The notes under the pieces: model-generated | Database searches by the model: none | What the model was told of the DNA's origin: nothing | Seen by the model: the letters and a program-made list of their open reading frames with translations, nothing else | Program-made: the position numbers and the translations under genes | Assembly: GCA_016934935.1 (NCBI GenBank) | Contig: JAFGRW010000054.1 | Coordinates: 106,668 to 170,667 of the forward strand | Source: Spirochaetota bacterium | GTDB taxonomy: Bacteria > Spirochaetota > UBA4802 > JAFGJZ01 | DNA: 64,000 nt | Reading direction: 5' to 3' | Part shown: piece after piece, positions 10,476 through 20,216 of the stretch | How positions within the stretch are numbered: the stretch's first letter is position 1 | Layout: every line of letters starts with the position of its first letter

Positions 10476-11131
10476 GCGCAAAAAGATGTGTTGATGAAAA
10501 GATTTCTGATATTTATGATCTTTATGCAAGCGGTAACACTATTGATTGTTTAAAATCGTTATCATCATCTGAGTTGGCAGAATTTAAAAAATTAGAAAAG
10601 ACTTTGAGTCTTGTGCATGGATTAAGGGCTGTTCATATTTCAAATAGAAATTATTTTACCACTAAAACTCTCAATTGCTGTAAACAAACAAATTTGCGAT
10701 ATGCAGGATTCGGTAAATATATCGCATCGAAGCCTTTTGTTTCGGGGGCTGTGGCCGCAGTTTTTGCTGTTGTTCTGACTGTCTCGTTGGTAACTTTAAA
10801 TAGAGAAAATGATTCAGTGCCTTTTTCGGGAACAACAGTTGCAAATGAGTTTAATATTAATTCTGAATATGAAAAAGATATTAATATCATCAAAAATGCT
10901 ATTATTTCTCTTGGGGGACGAGTTGTTGATTCTAAAGATGGAATGCTAAAGGTTCAAGCTTCCATATCTGACTATATGGCAATAAAGAAAGAACTTACTC
11001 TTTCGGCGGAAGAGAAGGTTTTTTTAAATAACAATAACCGATTAAGGTCAGTTGGTACAAATTCTGGCTATATTAGTTCTAAATATATCGAAGAAGTGAT
11101 AACTTTTACTGTTTATCCCAAGAAAAAGTAA
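10472..11131 (+). CDS. Putative single-pass anti-sigma factor
   Basis: Overlaps the sigma stop codon (ATGA). Short cytoplasmic N-terminus, one TM helix (GAVAAVFAVVLTVSLV) and a C-terminal extracytoplasmic domain. Confidence 0.6.
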   Translation: MSAKRCVDEKISDIYDLYASGNTIDCLKSLSSSELAEFKKLEKTLSLVHGLRAVHISNRNYFTTKTLNCCKQTNLRYAGFGKYIASKPFVSGAVAAVFAVVLTVSLVTLNRENDSVPFSGTTVANEFNINSEYEKDINIIKNAIISLGGRVVDSKDGMLKVQASISDYMAIKKELTLSAEEKVFLNNNNRLRSVGTNSGYISSKYIEEVITFTVYPKKK

Positions 11132-11136
11132 TAATA

Positions 11137-12093
11137 TTACATATTGAAGGTTCTCTCTTCAGGATGGCGTTGTAAATAATCAAAGATGACTTTTCCCATT
11201 TCAGATACAGACTCCTTTTTTTTGATTGCAGAAAAAAGGTTATGACCAAAACGAAAATTATTACAAAAATATCCAAAGAATCTTAATGACCGCAATGTCT
11301 GAATTTTTGATGGTAAAAATTGATGTATCTTCTCTATGAAAATCTCGGTACATTCTGCCAAATCAATAATTAAGTTGTTTTTACCGTTAATTCTATTATC
11401 AATTTGACCAAATATCCATGGTTTAACCGCTGCTGCTCGTCCAATCATTATTTTATTATTAAAATCTCTTATTAAATCAACAGCCTCAGTTGTTTCAGAT
11501 ATATCTCCGTTATAAATTAGCTGAATAGGTGATTGGTTTTTGATTTCAGTAAAGAGCTTTCTTGATGCCGTGTGCCTGAAGCCTTCGTGAGCATTTCTAG
11601 GGTGAAGCGTTACATAGTCAATACCGTAATCATTAAAAAGTTTAAGATATTTTATGACAAATTCAGCTGAGCTCTCGGTAATACCAGCCCTCATTTTTAC
11701 TGATACACGGCAGTCGCAACTGTCTCTAACTCCTTGAACAATTTTCGCAACATTATCATAATCTTTTAACAAATATGATCCGGCACCACGCTTTCTAATA
11801 TCAGGAGCCGAACAGCCCATGTTTATATCTATTGAATACGGGTTCTGTTTTAGAAGTTCTTTTGCAGCCCGGGCCATTATTTGCGCATTAGTCCCTAAAA
11901 GTTGGAAACCTACTGGATGATCGAAATCGTGAATAATAGTTTTGCTCTGATTAAACTGTCCACCGTTAAGTAGGGCAGCTGAGCTTATCATTTCTGTATG
12001 CAGCATTACTTTTGAAGAAAATTTACGTATTAGATATCTTAGTGCAGGTGTAGTTATCTCGGCCAATGGGGCACAGAAAAGTTCGGGTATCAT
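11137..12093 (-). CDS. tRNA-dihydrouridine synthase family protein
   Basis: APLA, TEM, FQLLG, IDINMGC, GAGSYLL, SVKMR, LHPR, NGDI and MIGRAA..PWIF motifs. Confidence 0.9.
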   Translation of the reverse strand: MIPELFCAPLAEITTPALRYLIRKFSSKVMLHTEMISSAALLNGGQFNQSKTIIHDFDHPVGFQLLGTNAQIMARAAKELLKQNPYSIDINMGCSAPDIRKRGAGSYLLKDYDNVAKIVQGVRDSCDCRVSVKMRAGITESSAEFVIKYLKLFNDYGIDYVTLHPRNAHEGFRHTASRKLFTEIKNQSPIQLIYNGDISETTEAVDLIRDFNNKIMIGRAAAVKPWIFGQIDNRINGKNNLIIDLAECTEIFIEKIHQFLPSKIQTLRSLRFFGYFCNNFRFGHNLFSAIKKKESVSEMGKVIFDYLQRHPEERTFNM

Positions 12094-12776
12094 TTATCCA
12101 GGATGAATTCTAATGGTTTGTTGTCAAGATTGATTTTATACATATAAATCAACCCATTGTTATCACAATAAATTTCCATAACGAATAATGGTGATTTGTG
12201 ATCAGTTCTTGTGAAAATTTGTATTTTATTGACTGTGATATTTTCACCTGTATTCATTATTGTTAAATTTGGGGTTATAAGAACTTTCATTTTGAATAAT
12301 TTTTTTGAATTACTAGAGGGGTCATAGATCGTATATTCAGAATTTCTGTTATTAAACTTTGATATTACGGCATCTGAAACAATCTTGTTTGTGCCAAATA
12401 TAAGATCTGGGTGAAGTCTTAATTTTAAATTGATGTCCAGCCCTGTTACACTAATAATGTTGTCTGATACCCTGGCGTATATATATGAACGATTTATTTT
12501 TTTGTTATCAATAATAGTTGAATTTGATGAGAAACTAACAGGCGAATACTCTGTTGTTTCTTTGACTGTTTCGCTTGAAATAATTATCAAAGACTCAGAA
12601 TTAAGTTTAAGTTTGGAGTTTGTCGTTATTATGCCGTCTTTAAGGTTACGGGTAACAGTTGTTTTGCCAATTGGGTTGTTTTCTGAGTAAATAGTGTAAT
12701 TCCATCTTCCATACTGAGATATACATAAAGCTTTGAATGGAGAAAATAATATAATAAATAAGATTAAAATTCTCAT
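12090..12776 (-). CDS. Hypothetical exported beta-rich protein
   Basis: Signal-peptide-like N-terminus. Overlaps both neighbouring genes, suggesting an operon. Confidence 0.6.
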   Translation of the reverse strand: MRILILFIILFSPFKALCISQYGRWNYTIYSENNPIGKTTVTRNLKDGIITTNSKLKLNSESLIIISSETVKETTEYSPVSFSSNSTIIDNKKINRSYIYARVSDNIISVTGLDINLKLRLHPDLIFGTNKIVSDAVISKFNNRNSEYTIYDPSSNSKKLFKMKVLITPNLTIMNTGENITVNKIQIFTRTDHKSPLFVMEIYCDNNGLIYMYKINLDNKPLEFILDK

Positions 12777-13762
12777 TACAAAATGTCTTCGAGCCTATTT
12801 GTTTCTAATAGAGTTTTTTTAAATTTAATTTTTATCAGGGGTTTTGCTGTGTTTCCGCAAATAGACCCAATAGGAGTAATAGGGAAGGAATTATAAAATT
12901 TTTTATCTATTCTTTTTGTAGATATAAAAAACAATCCGCAATAGTAATTACCATTAAGCAAGATTTTGATCATATCTTTATCATTATTGTCAAAATTGCT
13001 TATATTTGGGAAAAGGTCGTTCATATCAATTTCGCAAGCGTTATTTGACTGAATAATATCCTTCACTATTTTTATTAAAGAATAGCCGGCAGGTACGATA
13101 TAATAGGGGTTATAGCCTTTAAAAATTATATCGTTCAGTTCCTGGTTTTCCAATCTGTTCAGCAAACATGACTTTGGAATACGTGAAAGGTTGCCAGTAT
13201 CTGTTGATTTTACCTTAAAATCATCTGCAAATACGCTTCCTGTGTAATAAATGGTTGAATCTGAAACAGGGTTTAGGTTATTTAAAAAACAACTTTCTGC
13301 GGTTTCACCATATGCGGATAAGTTCAGGGATATATGTTTTTTCCGGTTTTTCTGAAAAAAACCACCTGCTTGTAATAATCCCGCACTACTGGCAATTCTA
13401 TTGATGATTCCGAAAATGGAAGAAACAGAATCTTCGGGTGTTTTTTCGGGAAAAGACAGAGTAGTAAAAATAAATCTTGGAATTGCATTTACGCTATTTA
13501 AATTAAAAATCAATAATGATAAATAATATTCTATTAATGTTTTATATATTTGTTTGTCTTTTTTATACTCTGGCATTTGGCATATGTCAAGAGAAGTCGT
13601 TATGCCATATTTTTGATGAGAAATCAAAAAATATGATATATTTTTTTGGGTTACTTTTTTTAACTTTGTATCGGGAGAAATTCCGTAATAAGCCAAAGCA
13701 GTAAAAATATTTGTGAAATAGTTTTTATCCTTTGCAGCCACGATTAATCCTTTAACTGGCAA
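12776..13762 (-). CDS. Degenerate ThiL/AIR-synthase-related (PurM-fold) protein
   Basis: NLNSVNAIP..FTTLSFP, QAGG, LSAYG, IYYTGS and TPIGSI align in order with ThiL blocks; the catalytic Asp motifs are missing. Confidence 0.5.
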   Translation of the reverse strand: MPVKGLIVAAKDKNYFTNIFTALAYYGISPDTKLKKVTQKNISYFLISHQKYGITTSLDICQMPEYKKDKQIYKTLIEYYLSLLIFNLNSVNAIPRFIFTTLSFPEKTPEDSVSSIFGIINRIASSAGLLQAGGFFQKNRKKHISLNLSAYGETAESCFLNNLNPVSDSTIYYTGSVFADDFKVKSTDTGNLSRIPKSCLLNRLENQELNDIIFKGYNPYYIVPAGYSLIKIVKDIIQSNNACEIDMNDLFPNISNFDNNDKDMIKILLNGNYYCGLFFISTKRIDKKFYNSFPITPIGSICGNTAKPLIKIKFKKTLLETNRLEDIL

Positions 13763-15180
13763 GCAGCAAGAATGCGTTTTTTACATTTATCATATCCGTA
13801 AAGCCGCATTGTTTCTGCAAGATCAGGCCCGTGAATTGATCCAGTAATTAATGCCCTGCATGGCATAAAAAGATTCTTTCCGGTAGCTCCAGTCATTTCT
13901 TTGACCAAATTTATATAATCTGAATGATAATTCTGTTCTGTTAATACAGAATCAAATAACTCTTTTGATGCAGCAATAATTTTAACTCCATTTTCGGATT
14001 TCAATAATTCTCTAACTTCGGATGAATAATCAATTGTTTCTGAAAAAAAATGGGAAATTTGATCGTTGATATCCCCAAGCAGCTCGCAATAGGGTTTTAA
14101 AAAGGTAATGATTTCTATAATATGATTTTGATCCATATTTTCTAACGAATACTCTTTCTCTAAATATGGGCGCATTTTGTTAAACAGTTCGTTGTTTTCA
14201 AGAGTGCGTATATAGTTACCGTTCATCCATTTCAATTTTTTAAAATCAAAAACGGCAGAACTGGCAGCAATTTTATTTAATTCAAATTGTTTAACAATTT
14301 CGTTTAAGGAAATGATTTCTTCTTCGTTTTCAGCAGCCCATCCAAGCATTGAGATATAATTAACAAGTGCTTCTGGCAAATAACCTTCTTCGCGATATAT
14401 ATTAACAGATGTGATGCCATGACGCTTGCTTAATTTTTTCCGGTCATTCCCCATTACAAGAGGCATATGCGCGTAAAGTGGCAGTTCAAATTTAAGTGCT
14501 TTTGCAATCAGTATCTGTTTTGGTGTATTTGAAAGATGGTCCTCCCCTCTTACTACGTGTGAAATTTTCATCAGCGAATCGTCAATAACTACTATATAGT
14601 TGTAAACCGGTATTTGATCAGATCTAACTATGATAAAGTCACCACCAATATTGGAACTGTTAAATGAGATATCACCTTTGATAATATCGTTGAAAGTTAT
14701 ATCAATATCTGAATCAACTTTGAATCGAACAGTTGGCTTTCGACCTTCATCAAGAAATGCCTGCTTTTGCTCTTTTGACAGATTGCGGCATTTTCCGTTA
14801 TAAGTTTCGTTTCGGCCTGTTTTTTGAGCTTCTTCACGCATATTGTCGATCTCTTCCGGTGTGCAAAAGCAGTGGTAAGCCTTACCTTCATTTAGCAATT
14901 TTTCTGTATATTTTTGATAAATATCGAATCTTTCAGATTGTCGATACGGACCATAGTTGCCCCCAATATCGGGACCTTCTGTCCATTCGATTCCCAGCCA
15001 TTTAAGGTCATTGATAATGGAATTTTCCGATTCAATACTGCTTCTTTCCATATCAGTGTCTTCGATTCGAAGTACAAAGTCGGCTTGATTCTTTAATGCT
15101 AAAAGGTTGTTGATTATAGCTGTACGTGCATTGCCAATATGTAAAAAACCTGTTGGACTTGGAGCAAAACGAAGTCTCAT
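13744..15180 (-). CDS. gltX: Glutamate--tRNA ligase
   Basis: RFAPSPTGFLHIGN, LRIEDTD, RGEDHLSNTPKQ and KLSKR motifs. Confidence 0.95.
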   Translation of the reverse strand: MRLRFAPSPTGFLHIGNARTAIINNLLALKNQADFVLRIEDTDMERSSIESENSIINDLKWLGIEWTEGPDIGGNYGPYRQSERFDIYQKYTEKLLNEGKAYHCFCTPEEIDNMREEAQKTGRNETYNGKCRNLSKEQKQAFLDEGRKPTVRFKVDSDIDITFNDIIKGDISFNSSNIGGDFIIVRSDQIPVYNYIVVIDDSLMKISHVVRGEDHLSNTPKQILIAKALKFELPLYAHMPLVMGNDRKKLSKRHGITSVNIYREEGYLPEALVNYISMLGWAAENEEEIISLNEIVKQFELNKIAASSAVFDFKKLKWMNGNYIRTLENNELFNKMRPYLEKEYSLENMDQNHIIEIITFLKPYCELLGDINDQISHFFSETIDYSSEVRELLKSENGVKIIAASKELFDSVLTEQNYHSDYINLVKEMTGATGKNLFMPCRALITGSIHGPDLAETMRLYGYDKCKKRILAACQLKD

Positions 15181-15195
15181 AGTAATCCTCGTAAG

Positions 15196-15432
15196 TTAGT
15201 ATTCGTATAAATTGGTAGACATTTTGTTGTTAACGATTTCACCGCTATCTTTTTTTATTTTTCTAACAAGTTTTTGTATCTTGTCTACCGTTTCATCTGT
15301 AAAGAGAACCTTTTTGCATCTTTCACATTGATACGCGGGAATATCTTCCAAAATAAATGTAAAATGGTCTTCTGATGTGCTATAGGAGCTTTTTCCGGGT
15401 ATTAAAACTCCTCCGCAGTGGCTGCAATTCAC
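15196..15432 (-). CDS. YgiT-type zinc finger protein
   Basis: CSHCGG...IPAYQCERC. True start is probably GTG 15432 after GGAG (78 aa); the ORF track extends it to 15549. Confidence 0.8.
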   Translation of the reverse strand: MNCSHCGGVLIPGKSSYSTSEDHFTFILEDIPAYQCERCKKVLFTDETVDKIQKLVRKIKKDSGEIVNNKMSTNLYEY

Positions 15433-15719
15433 AATTGTTCTCCATAATAAGAAAATAGTTCCTTGTATATTTATCAAGGAATTTGCTGCAAAACATAATT
15501 TTATAAAATAAAACTTTGAAATAGTTCTATTTATTGTAAATTTAAACAATTTTTAAGCCAGAATAGAGATATTTGATCTTCTTGTCACTCGAAAACGTAC
15601 ATAAATAACGATTTGAAGACAGTGTTACTTATGGCTTTATTCAAGTAATTGTCCGCAAGTTTCTGTTATGGGTGATCAACATAGGCAACCTTATCAATAA
15701 ATGTATTATTAAAAAATAC

Positions 15720-17099
15720 CTAAAAATAGATATCACCTGCGAAATAAATAAAATCTTTTTTGTGATGGCGTCCCATAAGACCTTCGTCATCCGAAAATTT
15801 ATGAAATATCCAGTATCCGGTTTTAATAACATACATATTTTCGGGCTTCAGACCCAATTCAAATTGTGAACCAAGATCGTTATCCTCCAGAGTATAAATA
15901 GAACAATTCATGATGTAGGCTTTTTTCTCGGCGAATTTTAACTGTATTTCACTTATAAACCGATTTCTATACTTTTTTTGATCCATTGTGTTTGAATGGT
16001 CAATTACAATATTTTGATTATATTCAAAATTTATCAAAAAAGTATTTCCAGGCCAGTCTTTCACGATCTCGAAGCCGGTAGTGTAGTCAAGTAGAGGGGA
16101 TTCCTCATATCCATTGCCGCCATCTGCAATGTCTGAAGCCATTTCTGAATCTTTAACAGCAAAAAATTTGCCTTTATTATAATATGCAAGCTCACCTTTG
16201 AGATTGATGTCCCAGATAAGGTTTGCCATAAAGTCCATTCCGCCCATGGTAACCTGTTTGTATTCGGCAGTTATCGCGGTTTGACCGGCATCATCTTTTA
16301 AAGTATAAGTAGGTGAATGATCATATCCGCGATAATACATAAGGTGTCCCTGGAAAGTCTGCAGATGTAATCCGGCACGAGCCCCGTAAGAAGCCTGACT
16401 CAATGATGCTTCGGGTTGTTCTTCACCGTAAAAAGCTCCATCAAGAACTTCGACAGCATTAAAAAAGTTAGCACTATTTTCGTGCATAAAGGCTGAAGAA
16501 AACTCATTGTCAGCTTCAAAAACAGGATTGATTAGACCGTCTACGGAGAAATAGCGTGAAAAGAAAAGTGTTGGATATATTGCGTAAATACCTTTTTTTC
16601 TTTTTATAGCATTATTCATAAGATGGAAAGAGTAATCTTGTGGATTAATAATGTCAACAGGATTGAAAAATTCCGTGTAACCCCATTTTGTGATGATTTT
16701 TCCCGCTCTGAGAGAAAAAGAGTCGAATACTGAAAGATGGAAATCCTGGTTAATAAAAGCTTCTCGAATGAAAATATCTTTCTGTTTTTTCTGATTTTCA
16801 GAATTAATGAAACTGCTATTAATCGAAGTATTCTCGGCATTATAGGCTGGACCAAATAGTGATCTTATTGCTGATGACCCCTGTGCGGTATCATAATCAG
16901 CCTGTATATCTACCACAACAGTTGTCTTGTTCATTGCTTTTTGAAAAACTAGGTTTGAATTTATGGCATTTCGACAGAATTCTGAATCAGATGAATTGAA
17001 TCCTGAATAAAATTCAAGCGAACCACGAAGTGGAACTTCGGCATGAAGAGTGAAAATGGTAAATAGAGCCAAAATAGCGAAGATGAGTAGTTTTTTCAT
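15720..17099 (-). CDS. Putative outer-membrane beta-barrel protein (DUF1302-like)
   Basis: Signal peptide; IREAF, LRAGK.I.KWG...FNPVDIINP motif; terminal aromatic beta-signal (AGDIYF). Confidence 0.7.
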   Translation of the reverse strand: MKKLLIFAILALFTIFTLHAEVPLRGSLEFYSGFNSSDSEFCRNAINSNLVFQKAMNKTTVVVDIQADYDTAQGSSAIRSLFGPAYNAENTSINSSFINSENQKKQKDIFIREAFINQDFHLSVFDSFSLRAGKIITKWGYTEFFNPVDIINPQDYSFHLMNNAIKRKKGIYAIYPTLFFSRYFSVDGLINPVFEADNEFSSAFMHENSANFFNAVEVLDGAFYGEEQPEASLSQASYGARAGLHLQTFQGHLMYYRGYDHSPTYTLKDDAGQTAITAEYKQVTMGGMDFMANLIWDINLKGELAYYNKGKFFAVKDSEMASDIADGGNGYEESPLLDYTTGFEIVKDWPGNTFLINFEYNQNIVIDHSNTMDQKKYRNRFISEIQLKFAEKKAYIMNCSIYTLEDNDLGSQFELGLKPENMYVIKTGYWIFHKFSDDEGLMGRHHKKDFIYFAGDIYF

Positions 17100-17118
17100 T
17101 GATTTAACCTTTTAAAAG

Positions 17119-17303
17119 CTGATATTAAGTAAAGAGTTAATCCTGTGACTATTTTCTTATTAAAAGATTGGTAACCGGTTAAATACTGAGAATTAACTGA
17201 ATTTATGGATTGTTTTGTGTTTATATGCAGAATACACAAACAATCGTCTCAGTTATGTGTAGTTGGTTACTCATAGTCATGGAATATACTCTTTTATTAT
17301 CGG
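17119..17303 (-). ncRNA. Candidate long rod-shaped structured RNA or 5' leader
   Basis: Six nested stems, including AAAGAGT/ACTCTTT, TGACTAT/ATAGTCA, GTAACC/GGTTAC, ACTGAGA/TCTCAGT and GATTGTTT/AAACAATC. Strand is inferred from the adjacent promoter. Confidence 0.5.
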
Positions 17304-17312
17304 AAATAGACA

Positions 17313-17340
17313 AAAATAACTGTAGAATTGCTCTTGTCAA
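17313..17340 (-). promoter_or_regulatory. Putative sigma70-type promoter firing into the rod structure
   Basis: Minus-strand TTGACA-N16-TATTTT; predicted start near 17305. Confidence 0.45.
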
Positions 17341-17569
17341 GATGCCTGTATGAATACATATAAACAATTAACACGGCTTTTCAATTTTTTATGTTAATTA
17401 GTAAATTGAAAAAAATACTGATTATTAGTTTACATGAAAAATCAGGATAATAATCATAGTGGTTGCAATATTTGCTTAATTTTATTAGTCTTTTTATAAG
17501 TAATTTATCAACCAGGTTGCATCTGTTAATTCAGAATGGCTGGAATATAATATGTTTAGGAGGAGTTAG

Positions 17570-18664
17570 GTGAAGTTATCTGTTTTTATTCATGATTATT
17601 TAAACGGTACAGTTCTTGAGCCGGTTACTAAGCTTGAATTGCTTGGGTATAATATTTTTAATCTTTTGCTTTTTGCAGTTGTTTTTATCGCTCTATTTTT
17701 CTTTTTTACAATATTAAGAAAAATTATTCTTATCAGAATTTCGGTAATATCCTCTAAGTCTGATTCTGTGTTTAGTAAAACAGTTGTGCAGATTATACGT
17801 GATATAAAATATCTTTTTTATGTAATATTAGCTCTCTACCTGTCTTCTCGAATGGTTGTGCTTGGTGAAAACTTTAACAATATAGTACGTATTTCGTTTG
17901 TTGTCATAATGATTTATGAGATAGTATTATTTGTACAAAATATTAGCATGTATGCTATTCAAAGCTATTGGGGGTCTGCTGACGCAGAAGAGAACGAAAA
18001 TGCGACAGCTGTTAATGCTATCTCCTTGATTACCAGAATCACTCTTTGGGTGGTTGGTGTAATAATTCTTTTGTCTAATCTCGGTATCGAGATATCCGCA
18101 CTTGTTGCATCTCTTGGGGTTTCGTCTATAGCCATTGCATTTGCTTTGCAAAGTATTTTGGCTGATATTTTCAGTTCATTTTCCATATATTTCGATCAGC
18201 CCTTTAAAGTTGGTGATTTTATAATTGTTGGAACCGATATGGGGGTTGTTAAAAAAATAGGGATTAAGACAACCAGGTTGCAAACATTGCAAGGGCAGCT
18301 GCTTGTAATTCCAAATCATGAGTTGACTAATACCCGTATAAACAATTATAAACAGATGGAATCACGACGTGTCGTGTTTGAAGTGGGAGTTGTTTACGGT
18401 ACTCCTGTGGAAAAATTAAGAAAGATTCCGCAATTCATAAAGGACATTATAGATGCGCAGGATTTAACGGATTTTGATCGCTCACATTTTAGCGCGATTG
18501 GAAGTCATAGCCTTAATTTTGAAACGGTCTATTATGTAAGAAGCAATGATTTCGCTATTTATCGTGATGTTCACCAAGCAATATGTTTGGGTATTTATGA
18601 AAAATTTGAAGCTGAGGGGCTGGATTTTGCTTTCCCAACTCAAACAATAATTATGGAGAAATAG
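17570..18664 (+). CDS. Small-conductance mechanosensitive channel (MscS family)
   Basis: ALVASLGVSSIAIAFALQ, DQPFKVGDFI, GIKTTRL and IPN..L motifs; multiple TM helices; AGGAGG RBS. Confidence 0.9.
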   Translation: MKLSVFIHDYLNGTVLEPVTKLELLGYNIFNLLLFAVVFIALFFFFTILRKIILIRISVISSKSDSVFSKTVVQIIRDIKYLFYVILALYLSSRMVVLGENFNNIVRISFVVIMIYEIVLFVQNISMYAIQSYWGSADAEENENATAVNAISLITRITLWVVGVIILLSNLGIEISALVASLGVSSIAIAFALQSILADIFSSFSIYFDQPFKVGDFIIVGTDMGVVKKIGIKTTRLQTLQGQLLVIPNHELTNTRINNYKQMESRRVVFEVGVVYGTPVEKLRKIPQFIKDIIDAQDLTDFDRSHFSAIGSHSLNFETVYYVRSNDFAIYRDVHQAICLGIYEKFEAEGLDFAFPTQTIIMEK

Positions 18665-18681
18665 AGAAATTTGTTATTATA

Positions 18682-18721
18682 CGGTGTCATCCACAATTTC
18701 ATAGAATCAGGGATGACACCG
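18682..18721. terminator. Hairpin between convergent genes (likely bidirectional terminator)
   Basis: Perfect 11-bp stem CGGTGTCATCC/GGATGACACCG with an 18-nt loop. Confidence 0.6.
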
Positions 18722-18737
18722 GGTATTTGCTTATCAT

Positions 18738-20216
18738 TCAAAAAGGATTTTCGTCTTTGTACAGCATACCCGCGGGTCTGTTGAAATCTATCTCGTCTAC
18801 ACCAAGAAGCTTTGTAGCCGAAAAAAGAGCCTTGCCGGTGTGCCCAAATGCAACGCCAGCATGGTGCGGGAATTGCTTTGCAATTAATACATGTCTGTAG
18901 AATCGCCCCATCTCTTTTATCGCGAAAACGGCAATCGAACCAAAAGATTGCGGATCAATGTTTAGAATCTCCCCGTTTGCGACATATGCCCTGAGTTTGG
19001 TATCAGCTGTTGATTGCAGCCTGAAAATTGTAACATCTCCGGGGCGGATGCTGCCTTCAAGTGTTCCTCGTGTGATATCCGGTTCTTTTCCCGGTTCTAG
19101 TAGTGAATGCATAATTTTCTGGAACTTTATTTCACAGTTTCCCATGCATTCCGAGGAGGTATTTCCGCAATGGAATCCCATGAAAAGATCGTTTATTGTG
19201 TAATCTTTAACAATTTTTTTGTTTGCATCAAACATGTCAACAGGTACTGAATTGTTTATGTCAAGTAGTGTCGCGGGTGTCATTGTAGCACAGGTAATCA
19301 TGTATTCGGTTACCGCTCCGTAAATATCGACTTCACATGCTACTGGAATGCCTCTTGTGGCAAGTCTGGAGTTTACGTAGCATGGAACAAAACCAAAATA
19401 ACTTTCAAAAGCGGGCCAGCATTTATTAGCAAATACTCCATATTTGCTTGCACCCAGATTATTGTTGTAAAAATCCATAAGAGCTACTTCATATTGAGCA
19501 AGTTTCTCTAGAAGATCGGGGTAGTTATTCCCCGTTTTTAGCTCTGATTCCATCTCTGATTTTATTGTTTTAATGCGTGGATCACCAGCTGCTTTATTAT
19601 ATATATCGTAAAGATCAAGCTCGGAATTTTCCATGATTTCGATACCAAGATCAAAAAGGGCTTTTATCGGAGCATTGCATGCGTAAAAGTTGTGAGGTCT
19701 TGGGCCAAAAGAGAAAACTTTCAGATTAGAAACACCCAGAATTACGCGTGCTACCGGATAAAACTCCTTGATCATATTAGCGATTTCTTGAGCTGTTCCA
19801 ACGGGATATTCAGGGATGTATGGGCGAATTTGTCTTAGAGAAGCGCTTATGGAAGCGTTTAGCATACCGCAATATGCATCACCACGGCCGTCCAGAAGCC
19901 CTGAGGCGGCCTCTTCGGCAGCAGCGCAGAACATTACAGGGCCTTCAAACTTTTGTGCCAGTATGGAAAGAGGGCCTTCAGGGCCGAAATTACCCAAAAA
20001 AATTACAAGAGAATTAATTTTTAAATCTTTGGCCTCTTTTATCGCATTTAACGCATCTTCTTCGTTTTCGACAGTGGTTTTAAGTTCGATTAAGTCTATT
20101 CCTGAATCTTTACATGCTTTATATACATTTGATCTTCTTTTTTGTGATAATTCAATCGGAAAACAGTCCCGACTGACGGCAATTATACCCATTTTTACTG
20201 TTGGAATGTTTTGCAT
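18738..20216 (-). CDS. L-fucose/L-arabinose isomerase family protein
   Basis: GNFGPE, RGDAYCG, KCWP, IPVACEVD, FHCGN and FPHH motifs. AGGAG RBS. Confidence 0.8.
   Translation of the reverse strand: MQNIPTVKMGIIAVSRDCFPIELSQKRRSNVYKACKDSGIDLIELKTTVENEEDALNAIKEAKDLKINSLVIFLGNFGPEGPLSILAQKFEGPVMFCAAAEEAASGLLDGRGDAYCGMLNASISASLRQIRPYIPEYPVGTAQEIANMIKEFYPVARVILGVSNLKVFSFGPRPHNFYACNAPIKALFDLGIEIMENSELDLYDIYNKAAGDPRIKTIKSEMESELKTGNNYPDLLEKLAQYEVALMDFYNNNLGASKYGVFANKCWPAFESYFGFVPCYVNSRLATRGIPVACEVDIYGAVTEYMITCATMTPATLLDINNSVPVDMFDANKKIVKDYTINDLFMGFHCGNTSSECMGNCEIKFQKIMHSLLEPGKEPDITRGTLEGSIRPGDVTIFRLQSTADTKLRAYVANGEILNIDPQSFGSIAVFAIKEMGRFYRHVLIAKQFPHHAGVAFGHTGKALFSATKLLGVDEIDFNRPAGMLYKDENPF

Noticed and set aside
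15433-15719. T-box or riboswitch upstream of gltX; short ORFs 15641-15832 and 15672-15869
   Set aside because: No T-box consensus or recognisable aptamer. The ORFs overlap the barrel gene and look like shadows.
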